A stretch of 63,602 nucleotides of DNA, counting the filler, from Octopus bimaculoides (lineage: Eukaryota), in assembly GCF_001194135.2 (NCBI RefSeq). It is 6 parts of 5 records of this genome, joined end to end, with 100 filler letters (N's around TTAATTAATTAA, not from the genome) between each part and the next. Parts side by side here need not be neighbours in the genome. Positions count along the whole stretch, not along the records: positions 1 to 24,864 come from NC_068981.1; 5 more parts are not named here. The stretch is one strand, 5' to 3'. This document shows, one piece after another, positions 12,375-24,802 of the stretch. The notes beneath the pieces were generated by a model. It was not told the DNA's origin and ran no database searches. It saw nothing but the letters and a program-made list of their open reading frames with translations. Position 1 is the stretch's first letter. Each line of letters starts with the position of its first letter. A program made the translations under genes and the position numbers.

Positions 12375-12590
12375 ATCCTTTTTACTATAGGCACAAGGCC
12401 TGAAATTTTAGGGGAGGGGGCCAGTTGATTAGATTGACTCCAGTAGGCAACTGGTACTTAATTTATCAACTCTGAAAAGATGAAAGGCAAAGTCCACCTC
12501 AACAGAATTTGAACTCAGAACATAGCAGTAGACAAAATACCACTAAGCATTTCACCCAGCGTGCTAGCGATTTTGCCAGCTTGCTGCCTT
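12375..12590 (-). mobile_element. tRNA-derived SINE family B copy (MetaSINE-like central domain)
   Basis: Minus strand reads ggcagcaagctggcaaaatc...gttctgagttcaaattc...gactttgcctttcatc...gataaattaagtaccag...aggccttgtgcctatag. Similar copies at about 8440-8625, 9500-9740, 35670-35890, 37290-37690, 39670-39860, 41285-41500, 43550-43740, 45585-45720 and 58050-58470. Confidence 0.8.
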
Positions 12591-12940
12591 AATGTTGTTA
12601 TAATAATGCTACTAATATTATGCTGTTGTATGTGTCTGTGTGAATATATTTGGCTTAACTGCTTGGCAGTGTGTATATTAGCATCAGTTTAACTTGTTGG
12701 TTGTTTGGTAGAAGTTTTTGAAAGGTGTCTACAATGTGTATCTGAGGTGACAACATAGTAAAGCGAGTTATGGTTGTCACAAATTACATTGATAGTTTCT
12801 TGCTGCTGTTACTTGTAGTAGTAGTGGTAGCAGTCAGTGGTGGTGTTGCTGCTGCAGGTTACTCTCATTTTACAGCCAAAATTGAGGGTCAAGCATTCTC
12901 TTGTCTTAAATAAATATTCTTTCTCTTTTGAAAACTACAC

Positions 12941-12994
12941 CTGCAACTCAATTCTGGTGAAAGATCTGTAGTGGCGTGAAATTATAGCCGCCAT
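12941..12994 (-). CDS. Candidate first coding exon of an unidentified gene (MAAIISRHYRSFTRIELQ)
   Basis: ATGGCGGC start directly after the promoter motifs. The 18 codons are Arg/Ser-rich and end at CAG|gtgtag, a non-consensus donor. No downstream exons were recognised. Confidence 0.35.
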
Positions 12995-13078
12995 TGAGGA
13001 AGTACTATTCTACGCATGCGCAAGGGACTTCACCACCGGAAGCCCCTCGAGTGCGCATGCGTAGTAAAACTAGTACTT
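12985..13078 (-). promoter_or_regulatory. Candidate housekeeping-type promoter (two NRF1-like, one ETS/GABP-like and one YY1-like motif)
   Basis: Locally CpG-rich patch in AT-rich DNA. On the minus strand it reads actacGCATGCGCActc...CTTCCGGtgg...tGCGCATGCGtag...cttcctcaATGGCGGC. The two NRF1-like sites are arranged as an inverted pair. Confidence 0.55.
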
Positions 13079-13962
13079 AAAGAGTTATTTCACTTTCTAA
13101 GCCAGTTGAGCGAGAGACCTTCTACGTGACAACTCCTCGCTCCTCAACAAAGCACTCTTCACCACGATGCTATCGATATGATAGCCTTTTGCTTCTCTGG
13201 CAGGCATCAAGGAAGCTCTAAACTTTCCAATACCAATTACAACTTAATCAGCGGCTGCTAAGCTGAGTGACACAGGATATGTAATAACCAAGCATCATCA
13301 TAAATAAAACCTTTTTATTATGTTGTTAATTGTTCTAATGTCTCTTCATATATAATTATGTTGAAAGGTGATAGAGAGACTAAACTCTCTATAACAACTA
13401 TCAAACTTTTACAGATCCATTCGTCTATTTTTATAGAAGTGAAGAAAATGAGTGATGGCTAGAAAGAGCAAGCTGATATTTCTGATTAGTTGAAAAACAC
13501 CAAATAAACCAATTTTACTGTTGCCAAGATAAACATGTCTAAATAAAACAAATTTCTTGAGAGACAAGGTCATGATCTATGCTTTAAAAATACTGAATAA
13601 TACTAAAACTTTAGGGTTTGAATCTTGGCAAGTTTTCTATTAGAGCCCTGTTGAACTAGAGAAAACATCAGCTCAGAATTGCAAACTAATAGAAATATTC
13701 AATAATAATTAAGTGGTGCTCCTGCAGTTTACATAAGTAAGTGTTTACATAAGTAAGTGTTTACATGATACCTACTTACCTCCATAAGACCCGATTGAGA
13801 AAAAATTCAGTGTGTCAGTCATGTACATAGTACAGTACTAATCATTACTTGGAGTATCCACTGCCATAGATCCGATATCAGTACATTTGTGTACTTATAA
13901 ATGTCCCAATACTAATCTGATAATGAAATATTTTCCTTTACTTAACATTATTGCTAATTCTA

Positions 13963-14089
13963 CAGGGTGTCCACAAAGACTGGGTACATGGAGTGAATAA
14001 AATCATAACATAAACAATTAAATATAAGAAATAACAATTTCTTAAAGCATGTGTTAATCGTCATGTGCCCAGACTTTGTGGACACCCTG
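13963..14089. mobile_element. Tc1/mariner MITE (127 bp)
   Basis: 28-bp TIRs starting CAGGGTGTCCACAAAG with 2 mismatches, flanked by TA on both sides. Confidence 0.9.
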
Positions 14090-14619
14090 TATATCTTATT
14101 GTGAGCATTGTTGTATCACTTAAGATGGAGTTGTCAGATTCTCTTGAAACATATTCATGGCTAATAAATCCTGGTAAATTCAATTCAAGCACATAACTGA
14201 ATTTGTTGCAGTAAGAAAAAAAATCAAAATTTATTGGCAGAATATAAACAAAACTTTGAGAATGCACAAAAAGTGACCACCACCACTTGTTTTGGACACT
14301 TTAGCTTGTAAATGAAATTAGGTGGACCAAAACTATATGGAAAGTTCCTCAGATAAATTGTATTTCTTCTTGGGTGATACAATTTAATTCCCTACCCAGT
14401 TTAATATCAATATTTGGTCCTTGGATGTATTTAGTAGAGTCCATTCTGGCAATAACTCATGAATCGTTTCTTTTCCTCTAGCTAAAGCCCTAAAACATAT
14501 TCATAGATTTTTGCAATCCCTCTTTAACTAAGACATAAAACTTAGGCACTTTAATACAATTAAAGTCTGAATATAAGCTAAATAAGGTTTCAAAAGAGGA
14601 TTTATTCTCTTTGTACAAT

Positions 14620-15039
14620 TTAATATGTTAGCATTCATATTACTGAAAAATGTAATGCTTATTTATTTACATTTTCTTAAATTAATCATGCATTATATTG
14701 TAACTTCAAGATTTTGATGATATGATTGTCTATTTTTAGAATGAAATTGGAGATAAGAAGCTGGGTCTGGACAGTTTGAACAGATAGAGCATTTGGGCTG
14801 CATATGGTTAGTTTAACTTTTTAGTATTTAAACTGGCCATATCCAGCCCAAATAAGCTTTCTGCCTTATGTTCTAACCAGCCAGATCCAGCCTATCACAC
14901 TTACTCGTCAATGCCCCTAAATGATATACATTTTCATCATCAAAATCCCAAAGCTACCAGATAGTTCATGATCAATTAAAAACAATGTGAATGAAAAAGT
15001 AGAACATTTGACAGAATAATCTGAATGCTAAAGGGTTAA
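14620..15039. mobile_element. Inverted pair of piggyBac-type MITE copies
   Basis: 14620-14815 is the diverged reverse complement of 14813-15039. The outer ends read ttaatatgttagcattc and gaatgctaaagggttaa. Confidence 0.7.
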
Positions 15040-15670
15040 AAATCAGAAAATGTACAATTCATGTTTGAAGTCTTGTTAGTGAAAGAAATAATAACCAAAT
15101 CACAGAAAATAACCAGTTATTCTTTTCATGGTTCCAGCCATTCTACTCTGGCCATGCTATATAGCACCACTACAATAGTTTAAAAAAAAATTTAATTCTA
15201 TATTTTCTACGTTTCGAAGGCATACTGGCCAGGCAAGGGATTTGGTCTTGGACAGTGTGTTGTAAATAAAATGATTGCAGCATAGAAGACCTGTTAGCCA
15301 TTTTTAAAATACAGTAAGACAGTTAAATTCACTTAAACATTTATTATTTGTTATTTAATATCAAAACATTCATTGTGAAAGCTGCACTAAAATATTAAAT
15401 GTCTAAGTGAAGTTGACAATCTTTGTGCAATCCTAAAATGGCTAATAAATATTTTCTACAATTTATGCACTTCTACAACATTCCCAACTCTTTTAAATGT
15501 TGTATGTCATTTTATATATATTGCAGAGTGCTAATTAATGGCAAAGTCATTCATATTCAATTGTGTCTTGTAATATTCAACACAGTTTCCATAACCACAA
15601 CTCTGAATCTGTCTTTCAGAATTGTTCTCAAGATAAGGCATACATATTGTTTGCTTTAAGGGAACAAGAT

Positions 15671-16053
15671 TTATACTGAGTCTCTAAATATTGTAAGAAC
15701 ACCTCCTACTAAGTAAAGGCTACCAGTTACTAAGATTTGGACATGATCAGCTTCTTCCAGTATTGATGGCATTGATGGTTGAATAGAGAGACGTTTATTT
15801 AAAGCTTTATCTTTGCCTTGACTACACCAAAATATGCAGTCATGGATACTTTCAAAAACATGCGTTTCAGATTCTGCTACATCTGAATTTGGTTGTTGAT
15901 TAGGTTCGTTATATTTATAATTATTATTATTATTATTAAGAAATTTGTCTTTGTCTCCACTGCTTTTGTTACACTGAAGATTTCTCCAGAAATTTTCATT
16001 TGTCTGGCAAACTTTGTTGGCATCATGTGTAGTAACAGCAAGCTTTAATTGAT
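15671..16053 (-). CDS. FPGS: Folylpolyglutamate synthase, terminal coding exon
   Basis: Acceptor ttcttcag|AT after a phase-1 intron. Encodes (D)QLKLAVTT...VFESIHDCIFWCSQGKD...EADHVQILVTGSLYLVGGVLTIFRDSV*, matching the animal FPGS C-terminus (W.SQGRD...HVLVTGSLHLVGGVL). TAA at 15671-15673. Confidence 0.93.
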
Positions 16054-16354
16054 CTGAAGAACAAAAGAGAAAAATAAACATTGAGATACATAAAAGAAAT
16101 TTTAAAAGCTGGTCTGTTAGTTATTTTGGAGGTGTTCCACATAACATCAACATAGCCAGGTACATTTGAAATATAATAAAAAAAAAAATGATTGATTCAA
16201 GCATAAATGTAATTTGAATTCAGTAAATATTCCTAGTACCATACTAAACAAAGTGGGTATGTACAGCATGGCTACAGAGCTGGTTTGAAAGACTTGTATA
16301 TGGTGTTCAATATTTGATGGCAACATATTGTACATCCTGTGAAAGGCAGACTTT

Positions 16355-17080
16355 TAACGTCATTTAACGTCCACTTTCCATGCTAGCATGGGTTGGACGA
16401 TTTGACTGGGGACTAGCGAACCAGATGGTTACACCAGACTCCAATCTGATCTGGCAGAGTTTCTACAGCTAAATGCCCTTCCTAACACCAACCACTCCGA
16501 GAGTGTAGTGGGTGCTTTTTATGTGCCACCAGCACGAGGGCCACTCTGGCGGTACTGGCAACAGCCACATTCAAATGGTGTTTTTTTACATGCCACCTGC
16601 ACAGGAGTCAGTCCAATGTTTTGTTCACATGCCACCAGCATGAGTGCCAGTAAGGCAAAGTTGGAAACGATTGTGCTCAAATGGTGCTTTTTATGTGCCA
16701 CCAGCACGGAAGCGAGACCACTGCTCTCGCAGTGATCCCGCTTGGATGGTGCTGTAGCACTCCACTGGTATGGGTGCCAGTCATCGAATTTGGTTCAGTT
16801 TCGATCTCACTTGCCCCAACAGGTCTTCACAAGTGGAGTTTAGTGTCCAATGAAAGAAGGTTGGCATGGGTGCCAGTCAATGAACTTGGTTCAATTTTTG
16901 ATTTCGATTTCACTTGCCTCAACAGGTCTTCACAAGCAGGGTTTTGTGTCCAAAGACGGAAAGGTATGCATAAGTGGGCTGGCTACACCCTTGGTAAAGG
17001 CCATTGGTTATGGTCTCACTTGTCTTGCCAGGTCTTCTCACGCACAGCATATTTCCAAAGGTCTCAGTCACAAGTCATTG
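16355..17080 (-). mobile_element. RTE 3'-UTR-derived repeat in the last FPGS intron
   Basis: Same family as 1250-1740 (ccaatctgatctggca.agtttctacag...gcccttcctaa...ccactccgagagtgtagtgggtgc) with internal subrepeats. Another fragment lies at about 34310-34490. Confidence 0.8.
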
Positions 17081-17678
17081 CCTCAGAATTTTAAAGAGCA
17101 AATCTAAATACATTAAGGCATTTAACCTGATACTGTTTCATTCTTGAAACTTGCCTGCCATCTCATGATGCTAATAAAATATTTCTTACATTTGCTAAAA
17201 GTTATAAAATTTATAAGGGGTGGAATATAATGGATTCAATCAATTCCAGGTATGTTATAGTTACCTCATTATGTAACCAGCACAAGACCCCATGTAGTAG
17301 CTTGACCCAGAAGAAAGGGCTAAATTACCTTCAAATCACATCTTTTTGGTCTTTACAGTAGTTCAAGATAAATCATATCTGAATCAAAGACAAGATGTTC
17401 ACAGCTGGAATGTCTTTGGTAATAAATCTGTTCAATTGGGGCTGATCTAGGATTGAAAACAGGAACAATCTGTAACAAAATTTACCCTAGAAGCATTTAA
17501 CTCAGAATGTAAAGTCCTGTAACTAAAATCCTATAACATCTAGTCTGATACCCAACAAATTTTGTCATTCACCAGCCTGGCACAGTGTCAAGAAAATGGT
17601 AGATATATATATATAACAGATCACAGAAGATTACCACTTGTACATCTAAAATGATTTGAATTGAAATTATAAACATAC

Positions 17679-17742
17679 CAGTTATAACTTCCTCACTGTA
17701 GCATATATTGGGAGTAAAGACAGCCAAATCAAAGTTACACTC
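17679..17742 (-). CDS. FPGS: FPGS internal exon (64 nt)
   Basis: ttttcag|GAG...ACTG|gtatgt. Encodes ECNFDLAVFTPNICYSEEVIT(D), homologous to human PCQFDYAVFCPN...A|DQ. Phases 0 and 1 join both neighbouring exons in frame. Confidence 0.92.
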
Positions 17743-18002
17743 CTGAAAAATAATAAAATTTTACTAGTGTTTATTTTTTCAAATAATTTTTGTTACAGTT
17801 TTGTAATCTAATTATTAATATGATTTTAAATATAATTAATTCTTGTTAAAATTAAGTTACTCAATATACAAAATCATTACTATTAGAAACAGCTGATTTA
17901 GAATCATTAATATTCCCTGAAAATGTATCAATGTCACATTTTTCATACCAATGCAAAAAAGCCTTCCCCCCCCCCCCCTTATAGTGGAATAGATATCCTT
18001 AC

Positions 18003-18084
18003 CTTTAGATGATTCAGTAAATCAAGAGAGTTACGTGCCCCAGTGATATTAAACATCAAAATTTTCACCACTTTTTGGTTATCA
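18003..18084 (-). CDS. FPGS: FPGS internal exon (82 nt)
   Basis: atttcag|T...AAG|gtaagg. Encodes (S)DNQKVVKILMFNITGARNSLDLLNHLK, homologous to RVLLFNATGDRDPAALLKLLQ. Phases 2 and 0 are consistent with the neighbours. Confidence 0.92.
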
Positions 18085-19023
18085 CTGAAATAAACAAACA
18101 TAAAATTTCACAGAATCAGTTAATATATTCCTTTCTGGTGGTCATTGTTGTTTAGCCTCAGGTCGACTCTACCAGCCATGAACATTCCATCTTTTTTCTT
18201 TAATCCTGTTTCATTATCAATTAAGGATAGTGTCAAGGAGTGTATCCTTCAGCTCTTGGAGTCATACATCACAGTTGTTTGCATCTGATGCTAGAGAGCA
18301 AATCCTTTTGGCTAGATTATGAATATTTATTTTGCATGGCTATGCATAGATCACAAATTAGGATACAGGAATACACACAAATAGGATTCAATGAATATAC
18401 AGACACATGTGCAAGTAAATAAAATCAATCAAACTTTAAAATTTTCCTTTTGTATCAATTTAGCAATTGCACAACTCAGCAGCAATGCATCTACAAACAA
18501 ACAATCTTTATAACCAAATACCAACCATATTTAAATACCTGTAGCAAAACAATGGAGACAACTACTGCCAATGCTACTGCAATCTTTGCTAATTTGCCGC
18601 AACTACGACTACAAGTTAGGCTGACAACTGTTACAGCCATTAGTGAAACACCAACACCATGTGATTTTTGTAAGTGAAATGTGAACTTCCAAAACTTGTA
18701 TCATGAAAGATTTATTTATTTAATTTCAGCATGACTAAATTGATTTTTTTAATGCTATTGAAACCAGTAACATATTTTGATAGAAATGTAAATACTTACT
18801 TATATCCAGAATAAAGTTCTCAAAGCATTTTCTTCCATTTGTTTTTTAATATATATATATATTGTATTTATTCCACCATGCTGCAGAAACTTTCCTTTGC
18901 TTTCCTTTGTCACTCTGACATTCATAAATGCAGTGAGTCAGTGATGGGTCTATTACAAACTTGTAACCAATGAGGATATCGTTCACAAATGCAATATGTA
19001 ATTCAGAAATTGTATGCAGAGAT

Positions 19024-19075
<52 letters not shown>

Positions 19076-20251
19076 CGTGCGTGCGTGTGTATGCTGAAAT
19101 ACACAAGGGTGTGTTTTAAGTGCATGTTTGAGTGAGTGTTTACATGTGGAAATATATGAAAATATATGGGTATTATAAGTGTGCAAAAGTATGCATATAT
19201 ATATATATATATGAAAGAATGTATGAGTGTGCATGAATGTGTGTGACTGAGTGAGAATGTATGTGTGTGTGTGTGTGTTCGTGCTTATAAGTGTGAGACA
19301 CATTGATAGACAGTATATCTCTGTACTTATATGTATGAATGAATGTATGTATGTATTAGGCATAAAGGAGAGCATTCTAGAAGGAAAACATGAGCAAGGA
19401 TCAAAGGAAAACCAGAAGGATAAACTTCAGGAAAAGAGAGGGCCAGGCAGAAAATTAAAACAATTCTGAATGATTACTATAAAGATGAAAGAAAGAAGGC
19501 AAATGCTTTGGATTGGTTTAACTGGAGGTACCACAAAGATTAACAGTTCTGGGGAACAGAAGTGATTATTACAGAATTGAAACAGAAACTAGAATTGGAG
19601 ATTTTTTTAAAGATTTACTATGTCAAATTCTCAGCTTAAACTTATGATCTAGGCACAGCAAGCTAGTATCTTATCTATTCAACCACAACATAAATCTGGA
19701 TTTCAGATGTCGGAGATGTCTAGAGATTATTATAAAGTGAGAGTCTTTGTATAGCAGTGCAGAGACTTCAACCTCTGTCCCACAGATTAGTTGTTTCCTC
19801 TTTCTACATTTTGCACCACTTCTACAGTGATCTTTGTTCCTTGATTGTGGCTAGCCTTGTACCATCACCACTCAGATGCTCCTAACTCACTTATATCTCT
19901 TTTGTCACCCAATTTCTGTTCAAAAAGGCCAAACCTTAATCACTATTCAAGTTCTTCCTTCATAGTACATCAGTCCTCAAGATTTCTTTCTTTGCCCATT
20001 TTCCTTGCAGCCACTGGTTTTCAACTGCTCTTTTAACTACATTAGTTTCAGCACTTTTTAGAAATCCTGTGAAAGCCTGGACACACCCTTTCCATACCAA
20101 ACAAATACAAAAATAATACTGAGCCAGGTAGTTTTAGTTAGGATTGAGACCATATCAGGAGGTCACCCAGAAAGAAACTTACTTCTTTCTCTGTGACAGT
20201 GCAGAATATTGTATAGAATATGGTAAAATGGAAGAAAATTTCAGAACTTAC

Positions 20252-20304
20252 GATAAAGATCTTATCTCTTCAGCAGATCTTTTCTTAAACCATTCGCAAC
20301 ACAA
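20252..20304 (-). CDS. FPGS: FPGS internal exon (53 nt)
   Basis: ttttgtag|TTG...TC|gtaagt. Encodes LCCEWFKKRSAEEIRSL(S), homologous to ACVRWF... Phases 0 and 2 are consistent with the neighbours. Confidence 0.88.
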
Positions 20305-21669
20305 CTACAAAATATGTAAGAAAACCATATAATCAAAGTAAGCATATGTATCAGAATACATAACAAGAATACATTATGTACAAAAACCAAGTAACAAACC
20401 AGAAAACATTTCAAAGAAATAATACTGTATTTCATTAAAGAAGTGAATTAATGACAAGTATGGATTGATTAATCCAGGCAGGATTAGGATAACAGATCTA
20501 CTGAATTGTTTGTACTCAACTGCAATTTTTTCCTTCTGTGGAACAAATTAGGTGCCTGTGATTGCTCTTAATACATGCATTATTTCACTTTCTTTACTGT
20601 ATTCTGTTTGAGATGTCAGTCTGAGTCTGTGTTTTGTGTTAGAGAGAAGAATGCATGGGTTGTTGATGCAAAGAATGAGTCTTTCAGGGATTCTTTGAGG
20701 TGGGCATAACAGAGTGCCAGGTTTTTTAAATACTATTTCAGTTGTGTTTTTATAAATCTTTACAACTATTGTGATTTATGAAAAGTCATTGAACTTTTAT
20801 TTTAAATGTTTGTATTTTTAGAGCATTGTTATGCCCTAATATAGAATATGTGTTATTGGTGACAGTTAAGTTGCATGACTTAGTGGTTAGAGTTATCAGC
20901 TCTTGATTGTAAGGTCATGAGTTTGATTCTTGGTGGCATGTTGTATCCTTAAGCAAGACACTTTATTTCATGTTGCTCCAGTCCACTCAGCTGGCAAAAA
21001 TGAGTTGTACCTGTAATTCAAAGGCCAACCTTGTCACATTCTGTGTCCGCTGAATCTCTTCGAAAAATATGTTAAAAGGTACACTTGTCTGTAGAGTGAT
21101 CAGCCACTTGCACATTAATATCACAAGCAGGCTGTTCAGTTGATGAGATCAACTGAAACCCTTGTTGTCTGACAGAGTGCCAGTTATTGGTGACATCTAT
21201 GCACTAGATGCATGATTTTCTGTATATTATGTTGCTTAATGCTTATCTGAGTGTAATTAGACATTTAAGATGACTGATGTTGGGATTGTAACATTGTTTC
21301 TTGCACTGCAGCAATGTGAATATTGTGTATAAATTTGAAGCATGTTCACTCCAGGAAGGTGTTTTTAGACTGTTAATATTGTGGTATATTTAGATATTTT
21401 GTGTTGTGGTAAAATAGTGTAAATCTGCTACTTTAGTTTGCACTGTATATTTTTTGTGTAAATGCTTGAAGTTTCTTTAACAAAATTAGTTGTATTTTAT
21501 ATGAGAGTGGGTGGATAGACTTCAGAAAGAAAATAACGGCAATAATTTTGGTTTACCTTGTTATACTTTATAAATTAAATAGAGAGAAAATTTAGTGTGT
21601 AAAGGTTTCATTATGAAAAACAAAAATATAATTCTTAGGGTCACTATGTATTTGGTGACATATAGTATC

Positions 21670-21850
21670 TCTTTATCTTATACATAAATGACAATTTTTG
21701 TTTGTTGATCTGTCTGCTGCCGACACCAGTGAACCAATCTTGATGAAATTCTGCATATATGTTAAACTAACATCCAATTCAATTATAGGCTAATTGGATT
21801 TTAATAAAAATTTATAATGGGCCCCCTAGGGGGCTTGAGCTATTATTTGA
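21670..21850 (+). mobile_element. Possible non-autonomous Helitron-like repeat 5' part
   Basis: tcttatacataaatg...tgtttgtt...gaaccaatcttgatgaaatt resembles the leader of short Helitron-type repeats. No 3' end was identified. Confidence 0.3.
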
Positions 21851-22909
21851 TAAAATGAAAAGGGTACAAAGAGTGATAGTGTGAGAGAAATGTAGTGGCA
21901 TAGTGAGTGTGGCTAATATCAGGGAAAGGGAGAACAGTGTTGTGTAAGCAACAAATATGGAATGGTAGTGGGGTGATAATGTTAATACAGCTGTCATTCA
22001 TAGATATAGAAGTAACACTGCATACATACTTTCGTAAATACCTAGGTACATGCATACACACACACACACATAACTAACTTTTAAAATGCTGAGGAAGAGA
22101 ACAAAAGGTGGGTGTGAGGAATACGTAACTTTAAGGAGAGAGGGCATAGGTGACTTTTCTGCTGCCCATCACAAAGAAACGCTTACACAGAGACACACAC
22201 ACATACATGTATTTATATATACATATGTATATACATACATATATACACACATATGTCTACTATACACCATTTTAATGGGTATACATTTGTAAATGTGTGT
22301 GTGTGTGTGTGTCACGTCCTATAACTGGCTGTCTCTCTACTTCTGTAGGGTCTTCTCTGTTGTCACACATTGTGAAATTTTAAAATTATGTGAAAATTTT
22401 CAAATTTGGTTTATTGAAATAATTTTCCACGTCAAATCTAATTTTGTTATTTATTTGTTCCAGAAAAATCACAGAAAAATGTTACTGGGGTTTAAAGTTT
22501 AATCAACTTTACCTAATCAGAAAACAAGATTTGGGAGCTGGCCTTTTCTGCATGATAGCTGTCTCTCACAAAATGAAAGCAAACTCATTATGAGGAGGAA
22601 TTTTTATTAAACAAACGAAAACAAAGCATTATGACAACCAAAGTTGTAAGAACTTATGAAATTTTAATAAATTGTAATGAATAAAGTCATGTGAAATGGT
22701 CGAACAGACATGTAAATAATTTAAAAAGGTAAAAAATTCTCAACGAAGTTTTTTGGCGAAAAATTGCATAAATCTGTCCCAATCAAAAGGCCTATCTGTT
22801 GAGAAAGGCATGGTCTGACATGGAATAGACAAAAATTTATATTGTAAAAATTGCCCTGCAACAATGGGCTATTCAGCTAGTATTGAATAAAGAAAGTAAT
22901 TCAACAAAC

Positions 22910-23007
22910 CATTATACTCTCTTCAGTGTGTGCACCATCAAGGTAATATGTTATGTTGTGTCTTTTCACAATCTGAACACGTCCAAACCATTGGTTTGAT
23001 GTGAGAG
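22910..23007 (-). CDS. FPGS: FPGS internal exon (98 nt) containing the LDGAHT motif
   Basis: ttctcag|CT...ATG|gtttgt. Encodes (A)LTSNQWFGRVQIVKRHNITYYLDGAHTEESIM, matching the eukaryotic FPGS motif W.GR.Q...YLDGAHT.ES. Confidence 0.93.
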
Positions 23008-23272
23008 CTGAGAATTTTTGTTGGGAGATATGAAAACAGCAGATATGAATATAAATGGAGAGAAGGTAATATATAAATAGTAATATGTGAATATTAGTAG
23101 AGAGATGTTTATATATGTAGAGTAATGTGAACATCAGTAGATATATGTGGATATAAGCAGAGAGATGTAAAGACAGGAAAGTGAAAGATGTGAAGGCACA
23201 AGAGAAATATAAAGATTGTAGTTAACATTTTTCATTCAAAACCATATTAGTTATATTATTTCTGTACACATA

Positions 23273-23312
<40 letters not shown>

Positions 23313-24425
23313 GGGTGTGTGTGTGTGTGTTTATATATAAACAGAATAAAGAAAAATTAATAAAAAAAGTTAATAAAACAATGTATTCCATTGTTAGATG
23401 ATATCTTAATGAAAGGAACAAGGAATAGACTTAATTTCTTGGTGGCATCTTGGGTATCAAGACTGACCTGATAGTAATGATAATCCTTCTTAGGCTTTAT
23501 GTGAGATTAGTCTAATATTCAAAGTTCCAGTCATGTCACACACCGCCATGTTGGTTCTGTCTGGAAATTACTGTAAAAACCCATGTAATTTGCACACTTG
23601 TGTAATTTACGCAAGTGATTTTCAGGACAAAAATTGTTAACAAAAAGCTTCTACTCATGTAAAATGTGCACTCAAAAGTTTTCAGAATTACTAATATGGC
23701 CAGAGGGAAAAGGTTTTCAATTTAGTTGTATTTAGCATAATTTCATTTATTTATGATTAGATTTTATTAAATTTTCATTAAATAAAAATAATTTCTGTTT
23801 AACAGGTATCACATTAAAAGCTATTAAATTACAAAGTGTTTGTGTTGTCTTCTATATAGATATTTAGTTACTTTTAGTTACTTTTTACTTATTTAGTGAC
23901 ATTTCTTCTTTGTGTTAACCTATCTATATTGTACTTTCCTATTGATGGTAATAGTAGATATATAAGAGCAAATTCCCTACTCTCTATATTCACAGTACTA
24001 GTATACATATGATCTTGACCTGTCAAGAGCTGTAGTATTGGCAAGTTTATACTAAATCAAAGAAGGTAATTTGATTTGTTAGTTATCTACAAGCTCCATC
24101 TACAGAATTATCTGGAGGAGGAATTCTAGATATTTACAATTCTGATATGAAAATTTCCCATAATAACTTTAGGGTCTGATGAGAATGATTAAGGACTAAC
24201 TATTTTATTAATTTATCAATTATACATAGAAACCAATATATAGGAATGAAACAGTTTCTCTAACCATTCAAAACAATTGTAACCTTGAATAAATTTATGT
24301 AACAATAATATTGACTTTGCTTTTTAATTTAATATATATATAATATGGGTAGCTAATTCGCAATTTTACAACCTAAAGGCAGAAATATATACATCACTAA
24401 AGTGACAGAGGTCACTAATCAGCAC

Positions 24426-24802
24426 CAGTATTGCTAGAAATAAGAGCCAAGACAACTCAATCACCACAGAAGCACTATCTTAACTGACAAGGGAGGCAAG
24501 CTCCCTACAGCAGCAGATATAGCCAGATCATCGATGATATTGCATTTTGATGCTTATGCATCTTAATGCTCATTGGTGGTTTTCACTGCACCTAAGGTTA
24601 AACTTAGCTCACCCTGTCAGTTTATAAGATTTCCATTAAAATTATACGCTGATTTCATAAACAGTATGGTTTCAACAGAAATCTGACAAGGTGGGCTGAG
24701 TTTAACCCTAGGCACGGTGAGACAACCAATGAGCATTAAGATGCGTAAGCATCTAAACAAAAAATCATCGATAATCTGACTTTTCTCTTATTTCTAGCAA
24801 TA

